Shown here: one piece after another, positions 1-13,259 of the stretch
Layout of the letters: every line of letters starts with the position of its first letter
How positions within the stretch are numbered: the stretch's first letter is position 1
NCBI RefSeq assembly: GCF_036971445.1
Contig: NC_091473.1
Span: 207,948,001 to 208,012,000 of the forward strand
DNA from: Narcine bancroftii
Taxonomy: Eukaryota
DNA length: 64,000 bases
Reading direction: 5' to 3'
The notes under the pieces: model-generated
The model's database searches: none
Seen by the model: only the letters and a program-made list of their open reading frames with translations
What the model was told of the DNA's origin: nothing
Position numbers and translations under genes: made by a program

Positions 1-1020
1 CTTCAGCATTTTGCTTGGTACAGCACCAGTAGGGCTTTGCAACATTGATTCACCAGTTTCAGTGCCACTAACTTTTAAGTCAGCTCATGAGGCATGAAGT
101 GCCTTCTTGCTTGGTAGTTGAAGCAGCTTCTTCAATAGTGGCTGGTTCCAATCTCCTGCCAATCGTTGTTGGTTTGCCTTGCTGGCTCAACTCACAACCA
201 AACGGTTCTGAGAGGAGCTGTTTGCTTGAGGTCTTTAGACCGATGAGACCGCTTCTCAATCTTGGATTCTTCACACTGCAGCCTGTCTTCTCCTGGTTCC
301 TGAGAATTGTAAACAAATTTGTATCTCACGTGGTCCCTTTGAGAAGATTTCGCTGGCTGAATTGTCTCTGTGTTCTGCACACAAACTTTTGTTTCAGTTC
401 TTTTTAGAACACATACTTCTGGTCTACCTGCCACATTCTGTGGTCCATCAGCTATTATCTCTTCAAGGTTACAGGTGTCTGCAGTCAGACAGATATGTTC
501 TAAACGAGGCTTCGGGAATATTCTCACAAACTTCTCATTAAAGCTTAAATTCTTGTTGCATACAAATTTTATGCGCCTTTCTTCCAATCAAAGTTCACAT
601 ACATAACTTTTCTTTGAATAAAATATAGACGATACTTCCCAATTTCTAATATTTCCCACTTTCAAAACTTGTCATCTTCAAGAAAATGTGAGCGATGATA
701 TTCCAAATTACTCTTTTATTAATCCAATAAATCAAACTTTGTAGATGAAGCTTTAAGTTGTTGATAAAATGAATAAATATTTTGCATAACTTTACATTGA
801 GATTTTCATAACAACGAGTAAACAAGGCATATATTGTAATAATGATATGGCAAAATTCAACTTTAAACATTAAAAGAAGAAATAGACAAAATAGATGAAT
901 TAAGATTTAATTCAAGGACAAGTATCTTGAGCTTATGTGTCTGTCGGGATTCTTCAAAGAATGAAATATGAGTTCTCTGTCCCCCTGAATATTATGACAT
1001 ATGACATCATTAGCCACTAT

Positions 1021-2492
1021 TTTTTTTCTCTTTGGCTTGGCTTCGCGGACGAAGATTTATGGAGGGTGTAAAAAGTCCACGTCAGCTGCAGGCTCGTTTG
1101 TGGCTGACAAGTCCGATGCGGGACAGGCAGACACGGTTGCAGCGGTTGCAGGGGAAAATTGGTTGGTTGGGGTTGGGTGTTGGGTTTTTCCTCCTTTGCC
1201 TTTTGTCAGTGAGGTGGGCTCTGCGGTCTTCTTCAAAGGAGGTTGCTGCCCGCCAAACTGTGAGGCGCCAAGATGCACGGTTTGAGGCGTTATCAGCCCA
1301 CTGGCGGTGGTCAATGTGGCAGGCACCAAGAGATTTCTTTAGGCAGTCCTTGTACCTTTTCTTTGGTGCACCTCTGTCACGGTGGCCAGTGGAGAGCTCG
1401 CCATATAACACGATCTTGGGATGGCGATGGTCCTCCATTCTGGAGACGTGACCCATCCAGCGCAGCTGGATCTTCAGCAGCGTGGACTCGATGCTGTCGA
1501 ACTCTGCCATCTCGAGTACTTCGACGTTAGGGATGAAAGCGCTCCAATGGATGTTGAGGATGGAGCGGAGACAACGCTGGTGGAAGTGTTCTAAGAGCCG
1601 TAGGTGGTGCCGGTAGAGGACCCATGATTCGGAGCCGAACAGGAGTGTGGGTATGACAACGGCTCTGTATACGCTTATCTTTGTGAGGTTTTTCAGTTGG
1701 TTGTTTTTCCAGACTCTTTTGTGTAGTCTTCCAAAGGCGCTATTTGCCTTGGCGAGTCTGTTGTCTCTCTCATTGTCGATCCTTGCATCTGATGAAATGG
1801 TGCAGCCGAGATAGGTAAACTGGTTGACCGTTTTGAGTTTTGTGTGCCCGATGGAGATGTCAGCCTTGTCTAGCATGGTTCTGATGTTCCAGCATGCTAG
1901 CTTGAGTTTGTGAGCATCTTTTGAGGGGGAGGACGTGGAGGGGGAGGACGTGGAGGGGGAGGACGTGGACTTGTCCTCGGGCCTGCGCAAAGGAGCTTTT
2001 AGGTGGAGTGCAGTGCGCGCAGTACTGGCCCCACCCTTTACACCCATGGTTCGTGTGCCGTGGCCAAGCAAGCTGGGACGTGGCAGCGAGGTCCTTGGGT
2101 CGTAGGTTTTATATCGGAGTGGCCTTCTCCTATGCAGGTTTCTTACCCGGGCTGGAGGGGCCTGCCTCCCCTCCTAGGTCGGTCCATACTGCCCGGACCG
2201 GGGCCGAGGCCGCCGCAGCTCACGCTGTGCCTGGACTGGGGCCGCCACCTCCCACTCTCTGCCCGGATCGGGCAGGAGCGGCCCCGGCCCGGGCGAAGGG
2301 TAGACGGCGGCGGCCCCGATACGGGCAGGAGCAAGGGGGAGACGGCGGCCCCGGCCTCGGTCCAGTGAGGCAGGTGGAGGCCCCGATACAGGAAGAGAGT
2401 TGGAGGCGGCGGCCCCAGTCCGGGCACAGGGAGAGCAGCAGTGGCCCCGGCCCCGGCGAAGGGTAGGCGGCGGCGGCCCCGATCCGGGCAGG
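1021..2492 (-). mobile_element. RTE-clade LINE, internally deleted copy
   Basis: Near-identical to both ends of the element at 42834-46389; 12-bp TSD attagccactat (1009-1020, 2493-2504); A-rich tail; ORF fuses MLDKAD to ISIGHTK. Confidence 0.93.
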
Positions 2493-3248
2493 ATTAGCCA
2501 CTATAGTAATACTACAAACAATAATATCTTCAAGGGATAGGCACAAAATTAACTACAAATCAAAAACACAAGGTTTCAACCTTTGCACTTAGTTCCCAAA
2601 AATGATCCAGTGTTTGCTGATCTGCTTACCCACAAAACTACTGATAGGCTGGTGGTTTTCTCACTGGAATATTTGAGGCTGAAAGGGGAATAGGTTTGTC
2701 AAATCACAAGGAGCTGGAAAAGGTAAATAGTCACAGTCGTCTCACTGGGGGAGGGAAGTCTAAAATTTGAGGACATCATTTTCAGGAAGAGGAGAAAGAG
2801 TTTAAAGTTACCTGAAGGACAAATTTCTTGCTGTGTATTTGGAACATGTTGCCTGTGGAAGTGGTAGATGTGTGTACCATTCTACAATTTAAAAGATACC
2901 ATGGATGTCGGTATATATTTAAATCTTATAAATGTCACAGCAAAACATTTTATAAAATAAAATCTGAACTATTAAGCTCCTACAGTCCTACCACTAAATA
3001 TTTTCCTACTGAAAATGATGTTTCAGAAATTGAATTTATAGTGATGGTGTAGCGGGCCGAGTGACCGCGCGAGTAAACAGGCTGAATTGGTGGTCCAAGA
3101 TGGCAGGGAACCCCCTTCATTACTGAGAAGGAGCCTGCACCTAGCTCCACATGTGGGATAAGGAGTGGGGAAGTGTGTAAAATACAGCAGAGGACTAGCA
3201 GCTCCAATGCTCAGAGGGAAAGATGTTCAGAGCTGGCACTTCTAAAGT

Positions 3249-3430
3249 GGAGCAGAGGCCAGTGGCCTGGCGAGGTCCTTCTTTGTTCCATATCCTGGGT
3301 TCATAGATGGTTGAATTATGAGGGGGGGGGGGAAGGAAGTCTGGTTGCTCAGTGACAAATGTTGTTTGTTGGTTGCTGTGAAAAATGGAAGGGAGTTGTC
3401 AAAGTGTCGTAGGCACACAATGGTGGCGGG
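3249..3430. repeat. Copy A of a triplicated ~180-bp non-coding element (other copies 5280-5440, 26802-26985)
   Basis: Direct alignment; invariant TGGTTGCTCAGTGACA core. Confidence 0.75.
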
Positions 3431-4619
3431 GGGAGAGAGAGAAAGAGAGAAAGAGAGAGGGATATATAGGGACAAGGCTAAAAGCAAACAGAATGGGAAA
3501 ATGTATAATTGGGAAGGGAAAATGTGATATGGCAGGAAGTCGGGAGAGTAAACTGGTAAAAGATGTTCATAGGAGAAAGCACAGAAGCTACATGGAGAAG
3601 GTTTCAGGACCACTTGCCCAGGGTTCTGGATAGATTTGTGGCACTGAGACAGGGAAAAGATGGTAGAAAAAAGGACCTGTGCTTGACAACACTGGCAAAG
3701 CAACTCGGTAAGAGGAAGAAGGAAACCTATATGGGGGTAACCTGCTTTATGAAACTAGAGCAATCTTATGAATCTTTCATTAACCAAAATGGCATAAAAC
3801 AAAGACCCATTCCACTACCATTGATGGCTATTTTTGCAAAAGCCCATTCAAAATCCATTCGTCCTTTCATAAAAGTGAACACAGGTTTCTTCATACAAGT
3901 GAATTTTCGTTAAGCAGGTATTTGTAAAAGGGGGTATTGTGAGTGGTGCAGTGAATAAAGCACAACAGAAGTTGTCTGTGAGCCGAACCAACAGAACTGT
4001 TTAATGGAATTTTGGCAGGAGTCTAAATAATTACCATTGGCGTGCTATTACAATCACACATCGCCCAGAGTTCTTTGTGCCCCCCAGCCACTGGATATTC
4101 CTGATCCTGCGGGGACCCGCAACTACGAATTCCAGTTTGATAATGTAATAGTGTGGTTTGCCACATAATCCTCCCCCCGCCCCATTGTTTGGAGGTGACA
4201 CCATAGTCTCACCTGTATGGTTAGAATCAATTGGCGAACGCCCCTTGCACCAGCGGCATGTCACCTGTACTGGCTGATGTAGGTCCACATGTGCCGGCTT
4301 AAGGTGATCTCCCAAAACAATTTATTGCCTGCGCCAATGTCTATTACAAACGTTGAGTCTTCATTCTGTTTCACCTGGAATGGACCTTCATATGGACGTT
4401 ACAACAGTGACCTGTGTACATCCTGGCACAAGAATACAGAAAGGCAGTCCTTGAGTTCAGGTGGAATGTATGAAGTCATAAACCCATGCTGGGTGGCTGG
4501 GACAGGCACCAATGTACCGACCTTCTCCCTTCAGTGTGTGAGTTCTGGTGGGATATTCCTGCTGCTCCTGTGCAGCTGGAATGAAATCCACTGGGACCAT
4601 TAGGAGGGGGTTCCCTAAA

Positions 4620-5275
4620 CCAATTCTGCAGAGGGCCTAGCTAGATCTTCCCTTCTCTGCATTCTATAGGGATTGCTCCCTCCGTGACTCCATCCTCCAC
4701 TTACTCCTCCCTACCAATCGCCCCCTCGTCATCTTCCCCTGTGGCTGCAGGAGATGCCACAGGTGTCCACACCTCCTCCCTCACCACAGTTTGGAGCCTA
4801 AAGTGGGCCTTACAATTAAAACAACACTACTTCTGTATTCGCAGGAGAGATTTACTCCATTCGATGCTCTCTTTGTGGCCTTCTCTACAGGGAGACTGCT
4901 TCGCTGACAACCTTTGCTCTGTCTGCATCAATGACAGGGACCGCCCTGTGGCCAACCATTTCAGTTCTGCAAGTTCCCATATTTGCATGTCTGTCCATGG
5001 TCTCATGTATTATCCCATCATATTAACTGTAAATTGGAGGAACAACACCTCATTTTCCACCTGGCCACTCTCCATGCGGATAGCATTAACATCGACTTTC
5101 TGGTTCTGCAAGGCTTCTGCTAACCTACTCTCCTCTCTCTCTCCCTCCCCTTCCCTCTGTCTTCCTTCCCTTAGCTCTCCACCTCCTTTCCTCTCTATTC
5201 ACCTGGGCAGTCCTCCAGCCCTGCTTGCTGCTGTGCCCTCTCTGCCTTCTCCACCAATTTTCCTGCCTTTGGGAC
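4620..5275 (+). mobile_element. Penelope-like element fragment (GIY-YIG endonuclease C-terminal region), degenerate
   Basis: GDCFADNLCSVCINDRDRPVANHFSSASSH..SVHGL resembles the RF.EH....PVA.HF motif; pyrimidine-rich tail. Confidence 0.65.
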
Positions 5276-5986
5276 CATGAGGAGTAGAGGTCAGTGGACT
5301 GGTATGGACCTTCCTTGTTTTCACTTCCTGGGTTTGTAGATGGCTGAATTGTGAGGGTGGTTGCTCAGTGACAGATGTTGATTATTGACTGCTGACACCG
5401 TGCTGCTTTGAAAGATGGAAGTTGTCAAGTGTCGCAGGTGGAAGAGAGAGAGACCGAGAGGGGGAGGACATTTGGATGAGGTCTATTTTCAACCAGGAAA
5501 GAAGAAATGGAATCATGTCCAAAAAGGAGGTGTGTTATGAAGTGGAAAGCAGACTGTATGGAAGAGGAGAAAGAAAGAGGGAACACAAGGAAGTGGGTTG
5601 AATGAAGGAGAGTGTGTGCAGGGTGGGTCCACAGTACAGTATGTGAACACGTGACTGTATTGTTGCTGTTCTCTGTGTGGTGTTGTTCAGCTAGGGATAC
5701 ACCGACATAATTTTGAATTTACTGGATGTCATTCAGAAGCCAGCTTGATGATCTGGACATGCAAGTTGAAATCAAACTTGCTGGGAGGTCAAAAGTCATT
5801 TCATTAAATGTGTGGAATGAACTGCCTGCGTCAGTGGTTTTGACTTTGAGAAATAGGTTGGATTTTAAATCTGACACTGACATGCTTTGGTGAAGATTAC
5901 CTGCTGACTATATCTGGTCTGGTCTGTACATGACTCCAGGCTGTGAAATGGCCCAGTGAGTCACCCAGTTCAAGAGCAGTTCGGGA

Positions 5987-6171
5987 TGCGATTGGACTGA
6001 CAATAACCACAACAGCAGTGTGAGTATAAGACAGCTTTAATAAACTAATATGTACACTAAGAGGTCTTGTCTCTGCAAGACAAACCTGGAAGGCGAGAAT
6101 GTAGCTCTGGACTGCTTTATATACAAAGGATGACCCCTTGTGACCTAGTGGTGCAATTACATATCACCACA
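5987..6171 (-). mobile_element. Short solo-LTR-like insertion
   Basis: TG...CACCACA termini, ggga on both flanks, absent from the paralogous site near 27485. Confidence 0.5.
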
Positions 6172-6555
6172 GGGAGCAAATACTGGACTTCTCCACATCT
6201 CATGAATTAAAAAAAACTTTATTTATTCATTCAAAAAACAAATAATATATGACATATACAACAATTAACCATAAACATGAACGTTATTTTTTATATATAT
6301 ATAAAAAAAGAAAAGACCCCCCCCAACTTCAGCCAACTCTCCTTAGGAGAGCCACAAAGAAAGAAAAAATAAAAAATATTAAAGAAAAATTAAATATACA
6401 TAAAGATCCAATCAACGTAAATTGAAATGTAAAAATTCTGAATATAACAACCACTTATTAATTAAAAATTATAATTATCACGCGAAACATACGTAATTTT
6501 TTCCATCATTAAACAATATTTCATCTCATTATGCCATCTATTAATATCAACCATA

Positions 6556-7092
6556 TTAGTTCTGGTCTCCAAACTTGAGGAAGGACATACTAGGTATAGA
6601 GGGTGTGCAGCGCAGATTTACAAGGTTAGTTCCAGGGATGGCAGGGTTGTCATATGCAGCAAGGCTAGAAAAACTGGACTTGTATCCATTGGAGTTTAGA
6701 AGGATGAGGGGGGACATGATTGAGGTATACAAAATCATCAGGGGGATAGACAAGGTGAAGTCTGATTACTTGTTCCCAATGATGGGGGAGACGAGGACTA
6801 GAGGGCATAGTTTAAGAATACAGGGTAGGCCCTTTAGGACGGAGATGAGAAAGCATTTTTTTACCCAGAGAAGTGTGAATCTGTGGAATGCTCTGCCACA
6901 GAGGGTGGTAGAGGCGGATTCGCTGACTATGTTCAAAAGAGAGTTAGATAAGACTCTTGTGGGTAACGGAGTTAAGGGTTATGGGGATAAGGCTGGAAAG
7001 GGGTACTGATGGTAATGATCAGCCATGATCTAAAATGGCGGTGCTGGCCTGACAGGCCAAATGGCCTACTCCAGCTCCTATTGTCTATTGTA
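6556..7092 (+). mobile_element. CR1 LINE 3' fragment nested in the L1
   Basis: EGVQRRFTRLVPGM...RRMRGDMIEVYKI...FFTQRSVNLWNALP; repetitive ctattgt tail. Confidence 0.9.
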
Positions 7093-9748
7093 CCTTTCTA
7101 CGTACTAGCAATACATTTTTTCGCTACAGATAAAGCTAAATATACAAAAGCAAGCTGAAACTTATCTAATCCCAAGCCTTTCAGAGGTTGCAAACTACCC
7201 AATAAAAATACTGTTGGATCTAAAACTATTTTAATCTTATACAGATATTCTAAAAATGATTGAATTTTCTTCCAAACAGATTGTCTATGTATACATGACC
7301 AAACAGCATGAAAAAAAGTTCCAACCGTATCACCACATCTAAAACACAAATCTGATTCATGAAAACCATACTTTTTAAATTTTTCAGGTGTTAAGTATAA
7401 TTGATGTAAAAAATTATAGTTAATCATTGCATAACGTGCATTTATCAATCTAGTTACACTATCATACCAGATATCTAACCAATCATCTTCGGAAAAAATA
7501 AAACCAGTATCCGCATCCCATTTACTTTTAGATCTATCCCGACCCTTTTTATCTATACCATCCTGTAATATTTGATAGCTAGATGAAATATAACCCTTCT
7601 CTGGTTTCTTCATAAAAGTCTCAAATTTAGTCATTTCAGGTAAAATCATATCTCTACCAAACATACATTTTACCAAAGATTGAATTTGATAATAGAGAAA
7701 CAAAGAGTTCTTATCAATACCAAAACTTTCCCTCATCTGATTAAAAGATAAAAATTTACCCTCTTTAAAACAATCTCCCAAATTTTTCACACCTTTAAAT
7801 CTCCAATGCAATAAACTTTGATTATGTATTGAAAAAGAAATAAGTTGATTATTATACAACAGAGTCAAAGCCGATAATTTACCCCTGGAGCCTGTCATTT
7901 TATTTTTCTTTATCCATAACTTCATTAAATGTTTTAGTATAGGCACATTATATTATTGGAACAAATTTATATTCCATCTAAACAAAAATTGATGTATTTC
8001 AAATTCAGAAATATTTGCCATCTCAATTTTGGCCCATCTAGGAGGCCATACCAAATCCATCAATGAACTAATAAATTTAAGTTGGGCTGCTTCATAATAA
8101 TTTTGAAAATGTGGTAAATGTAATCCCCCTAACTCATATTTCCAAGATAATTTATTCAAAACAACTCTCGAAAATTTACCTCTCCATAAAAACTCCCTCA
8201 CCATTTTATTCAAGTCTCGAAAAAAAATATTATCAAGTAAATACGGAATAGATTGAAACAAATATTGTATACGCGGAAAAATATTCATCTTAATTGTATT
8301 TATCCTACCCATTAAATTAATAGGTAAATCTTTCCATTTAATCAAATCAGGTTTAATTTTTTTCATTAACGGAACATAATTTAATTTATATAAAGATTGA
8401 TAATTAACATTCAAGATTATACCCAAATATTTAATTTGATCAGTCCATTTCAAATTAATAATATTCTTATAAACTGAATAATCTCCTTCACTTACTGGTA
8501 ATATTTCACTTTTTTCCCCAATTAACTTTATATCCAGAAAGACATCCATATTGTATTAAACACTCCTTCAAGTGCAAAAGTGACTGAGCTGGGTTTATTA
8601 AATACACCAACACATCATCAGCAAATAAATTAATTTTATACTCCTCGTCTAAAACTTTCATACCTTGTATCTGTGTATTTTATCTTATCAGCTGTGCCAA
8701 AGCTTCAATCACTAATCCAAACAAAGTTGGTGATAAAGGACAACCTTGACGAATTGATCGAGTTAACTTAAAGGGTTCCAAAATCAAACCATTCGTCAAT
8801 ACTCTAGCTACCAGTTTACTATATAGACCCCTGAACCAACCAATAAAGAAAGGACCAAACTTAAATTTCTCCAAAACTCTAAACAAAAAATTCCATTCAA
8901 CTCTATCAAATGCTTTTTCTGCATCTAGAGATATCACCATCGGGTGATCTGAAGATTGTCAAAATCTATTAATCAAACTAATCACGCGCAAAATATTATC
9001 TGAAGCATATCTATTCTTTATAAAACCTGTTTGATCCATATGAATCAACTTAGGTAAAAATTTAGCCAATCTATTCGCTAATATTTTAGCTATTATTTTA
9101 TAATCTACATTTCACAACAAAATTTGTCTAATTTGTCTACTTTCAAAGGTTCTCTATCTTTTTTTGGGATTACTGTAATTAAAGCACTAGAACAAGACTC
9201 AGGTAGTTCATAATGTTCTCCAACTTGACGTAATACACCCCCAAACACTGTAGATAAATCATCATAAAAAATTTTATAAAATTCAACCGAAAACCCATCA
9301 TCACCAGGCGATTTACCATTCAGCATTTCCAGCATAGACATTTTAATTTCCGAATCAGTAAATGGTTCTTCTAACTCCTGTATATCTGCATCCTCTAATA
9401 TCGGTAAATTCAACTGAGATAAAAAAAAAGATCAATCGATCCAGTTTCTTGTTATCCTTCAGATGTATATAACTTTTTATGAAATGAACAAAATTCATCA
9501 TTAATCTCACAAAGTTTATGTAATAAGAGAATTCCGTCTAACAGCATTAATAGTCCTCGAAATCTGTTCTTTCTTTAATTGCCACGCCAATACCTTATGT
9601 GCTTTCTCTCCCCATTCATAATACCGTTGTTTAGTCTATTCAAATTGATAAGATTGCAAAGTATTATATTCCAATTTCAATCAAGATAATTCTATTTTCT
9701 CATCTTCTGTAGCATCTTTCTGGAATTCCTTTTCTAACTCATCAATCT

Positions 9749-12700
9749 ATATAACATAACATAACAATTACAGCACGGAAACAGGTCATTAGGCCCTTCT
9801 AGTCCGCACCGAAACAAACACTCCTCTCTAGTCCCACCTACCTGCACAATGACCATAATCCTCCACCTTCTTCTCATCCATATACCTGTCCAGCTTTTTC
9901 TTAAATAATAAAATTGACTCTGCCGCCACTATTTCTCCCGGAAGCTCATTCCACACTGCCACCACTCTCTGAGTAAAGAAGTTCCCCCTCATGTTACCTC
10001 TAAACCTCTGCCCCTTAACTCTTAACTCATGTCCTCATTTCAATCTCTCCTACTCTTAACGGAAATAGCCTATCCACATCCACATCCACTTTCAGATCCC
10101 TTTCATAATCTTAAATACCTCTATCAAATCCCCTCTCAACCTTCTACGCTCCAAAGAATAAAGACCTAATCTGCCCAATCTCTCCCTGTACTCTAGATGC
10201 TTAAACCCAGGTAACATTCTGGTAAATCTTCTCTGCACTCTCTCCACTCTGTTTATATCCTTCCTATAATTAGGCGACCAGAACTGCACACAGAACTCTA
10301 AATTAGGCCGCACCAACGCCTTATACAATCTCAACATCACTTCCCAACTCCTATATTCCATGCAATGATTGATAAAGGCCAGCATACTAAAAGCCTTCTT
10401 CACCTCCCTATTCACATGAGTTTCTACCTTCAGGGAACGATGTACCGTTACTCCTAAATCCTTCTGCTCTTCTGTATTCATCAATGCTCTCCCATTTACT
10501 ACGTATGTCCTGTTCTGATTCTTCTTACCAAAATGAAGCACCTCACACTTATCAGCATTAAATTCCATCTCCCATTTTTCAGCCCACTTTTCTAAGCAGC
10601 CCAAATCCCTCTGCAATCCTTGAAAACCTTCTTCATTATCCACTCTTCCACCTATCTTAGTATTGTCTGCATATTTACTAATCCAATTCACCACCCCATC
10701 ATCTAGATCATTAATGTATATAACGAACAACAATGGGCCCAATACAGATCCCTGAGGCAAACCACTGGTCACCGGCCTCCAACCTGACAGATAATTTTCC
10801 ACTACCACTCTCTGGCCTCTCCCTTTCAGCCAATGTTCAATTCATTTGACTATCTCAAAATTTATACCTAAAGACTGCACCTTCCTAACTAACCTTCCAT
10901 GTGGTACCTTATCGAAGGCCTTACTGAAGTCCATATAGACAACATCCACCGTGCTACCCTCATCCACATTCCTAGTCACCTCTTGAAAAAATTCAATCAG
11001 ATTGGTCAAACAGGACCTTCCGCTCACAAATCCGTGTTGAGTGCTATCTCTAAGAACTTTCTCCATTAATTTACCTACCACAGACGTCAAAGTTACAGGC
11101 CGATAATTGCCAGGTTTCCTCCTTGAACCCTTTTTAAATAACGGAACCACATGCGCAATACGCCAATCCTCCGGCGCTATCCCCATCTCTAATGACATTT
11201 GGAAAATTACCGTCAGAGCCTCTGCTATTTCCTCCTTTACTTCTCTCAATGTCCTGGGGAAGATCCCGTCTGGTCCCGGAGACTTATCCACCTTTATATT
11301 CCTCAAAAGCCCTAACACTACATCTTCCGTAATCTCTATATTCTCCATATTTACCCAATTTGCTTTTTTTTTTATCTCACATATCCCAATATCCTTCTCC
11401 TTGGTGAATACCGAAGAAAAGAAACTGTTCAATATCTCCCCCATTTCTCTGGTCTCCACACACAGTTTTCCCCTCTAATTCTCTAAGGGACCAATTTTGT
11501 CTCTCGCTTTCCTTTTACCAGAATCCTTTTGGATTAATTTTCACCCTGCTTGCTTTAGTCTCCTCGTACCTTCTTTTAGCTTTCCTAATTCCTCTCTTAA
11601 GATTCCTCTTACATTCAATGTATTTTTCAAACATCTCCTTAATTCCATGCTTCTAATACCTAATGTACGCCTCCCTTTTTCTTCGAACCAAGTTTCCAAT
11701 ATTCCTTGAAAACCACGGCTCTCTCAAACCTTTTGCCCCTCCTTTTAACCTAACAGGAACATAAAGCTTTTGCACTCTCAAAGTCTGATCTTTAAAAGAC
11801 TTCCATCTCTCTACTACATCCTGCCTATAAAACAAATTGTCCCAATGCACACCCTGCAAGTCCTTTCGCATCTCCTCAAATCTAGCTTTTCCCCAATCAA
11901 AAACCTCAACCCTTGGCCCTGACTTATCTCTTTCCATAATGACATTGAAGCTGATGGCATTATAATCACTGGACCCGAAGTGCTCGCCAACACTAACCTC
12001 CGTCACTTGACCCATCCCATTTGCCAACAGTAGATCTAACACTGCTCCTACAACATATTGTTGTAAAAAACTATCTTGCACACATTTCACAAACTCTAAC
12101 CCATCCAGCCCTTTCACAGAATGTGTTTCCCAATCTATATGTGGAAAATTAAAATCTCCCATAATTACAACCCTGTGCTTATCACAAATATCCACTATCT
12201 CCCTACAGATTTGCTCCTCTAGGTCTTGGTCCCCTCCGGGTGGTCTATAATACACCCCTACAAGTGTAACCTCTCCTTTCCCACTCCTCAGTTCCACCCA
12301 AATAGCCGCCGTGGACGAGCCCTCTAATCTATCCTGCCTAAGCACCGCTGTAATATTCTCCCTGACAAGTAATGCAACACCATCTCCTCTTGTCCCTCCG
12401 ACTCTATCACACCTAAAGCAACGAAACCCAGGGATATTCATCTGCCAATCGCATCCCTCCTGCAACCATGTCTCACTAATCGCTTCCACATTATACTTCC
12501 AAGTATCAATCCACACCTTCAGCTCATCCACCTTTTTTACAATACTCCTGGCATTAAAATATATGAATTTCAGAGATTTCCCAATTCTTAATCCCTGTTT
12601 TCCTTCATCTTTAATAACATTATTTCCTTTTCCTGCCAATTGCCCTTCATCTTCTTCCAGAGCATTTCCTTTCTCTATCACCTGCCCATCCATATTCAAA

Positions 12701-13259
12701 TACTTACTACAAACTTTCTTTGTTTGCATTCTAACCTTCTCCTTACTGCTCTGTACTATTTTGCTCCCTCCCCTCAACCATTCTAGTTTAAAGGATCCTG
12801 AGTAGCCTTAGCAAATACCCCTGCCAGGATTCTGGTCCCCCTGGGATTTAAGTGTAACCCGTCCTTACTGTACAGGTCACATCTTCCCCAAAAAAGGTCC
12901 CAGTGATCCAGAAACTTGAAACCCTGCCCCTTACTCCACCCCTTCAGCCACGTGTTAATCCTCCACCTCATTCTATTTCTATTCTCACTGTCACGTGGCA
13001 AAGGGAGTAATCCAGAGACTACCCCCTTTGCGGTCCTTCTTTTTAACTCCCTACCTAACTGCCTGTACTCACTTTTTAGGACCTCTTCTCAATTCCTCCC
13101 TATGTCATTGGTGCCTACATGTACCACGACCTCTGGCTCCTGTCCCTCCCACTTTAGGATATCCGGGACACGAGCAGCAACATCCCGGACCCTGGCACGA
13201 GGGAGGCAAACCACCATCCGGTTCTCCTTGCTGCGTCCACAGAATCCCCTATCTGTCCT
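9749..13259 (-). mobile_element. CR1 LINE (ORF1 esterase C-terminus, APE, RT; 5'-truncated, disrupted) nested in L1 ORF2
   Basis: DGLHLNPRG SGNH-like ORF1; YFNARSI, ISETWL, MGDFNFPHIDW; KSPGPDGI, DFSKAFDKVPH, PQGSVLGPLLF, YADN; (ataac)n tail at 9751. Confidence 0.93.

Noticed and set aside
80-870. Overlapping ORFs at the window start
   Set aside because: No recognisable domain or splice structure; probably TE-derived and cannot be assigned.
1855-1870. RTE internal deletion explained as a spliced intron
   Set aside because: The junction does not fit GT-AG removal on either strand; it fits ACA microhomology.
1921-2546. GC-rich ORFs, also 42761-43133 and 45964-46788
   Set aside because: Antisense or alternative-frame by-products of the RTE elements.
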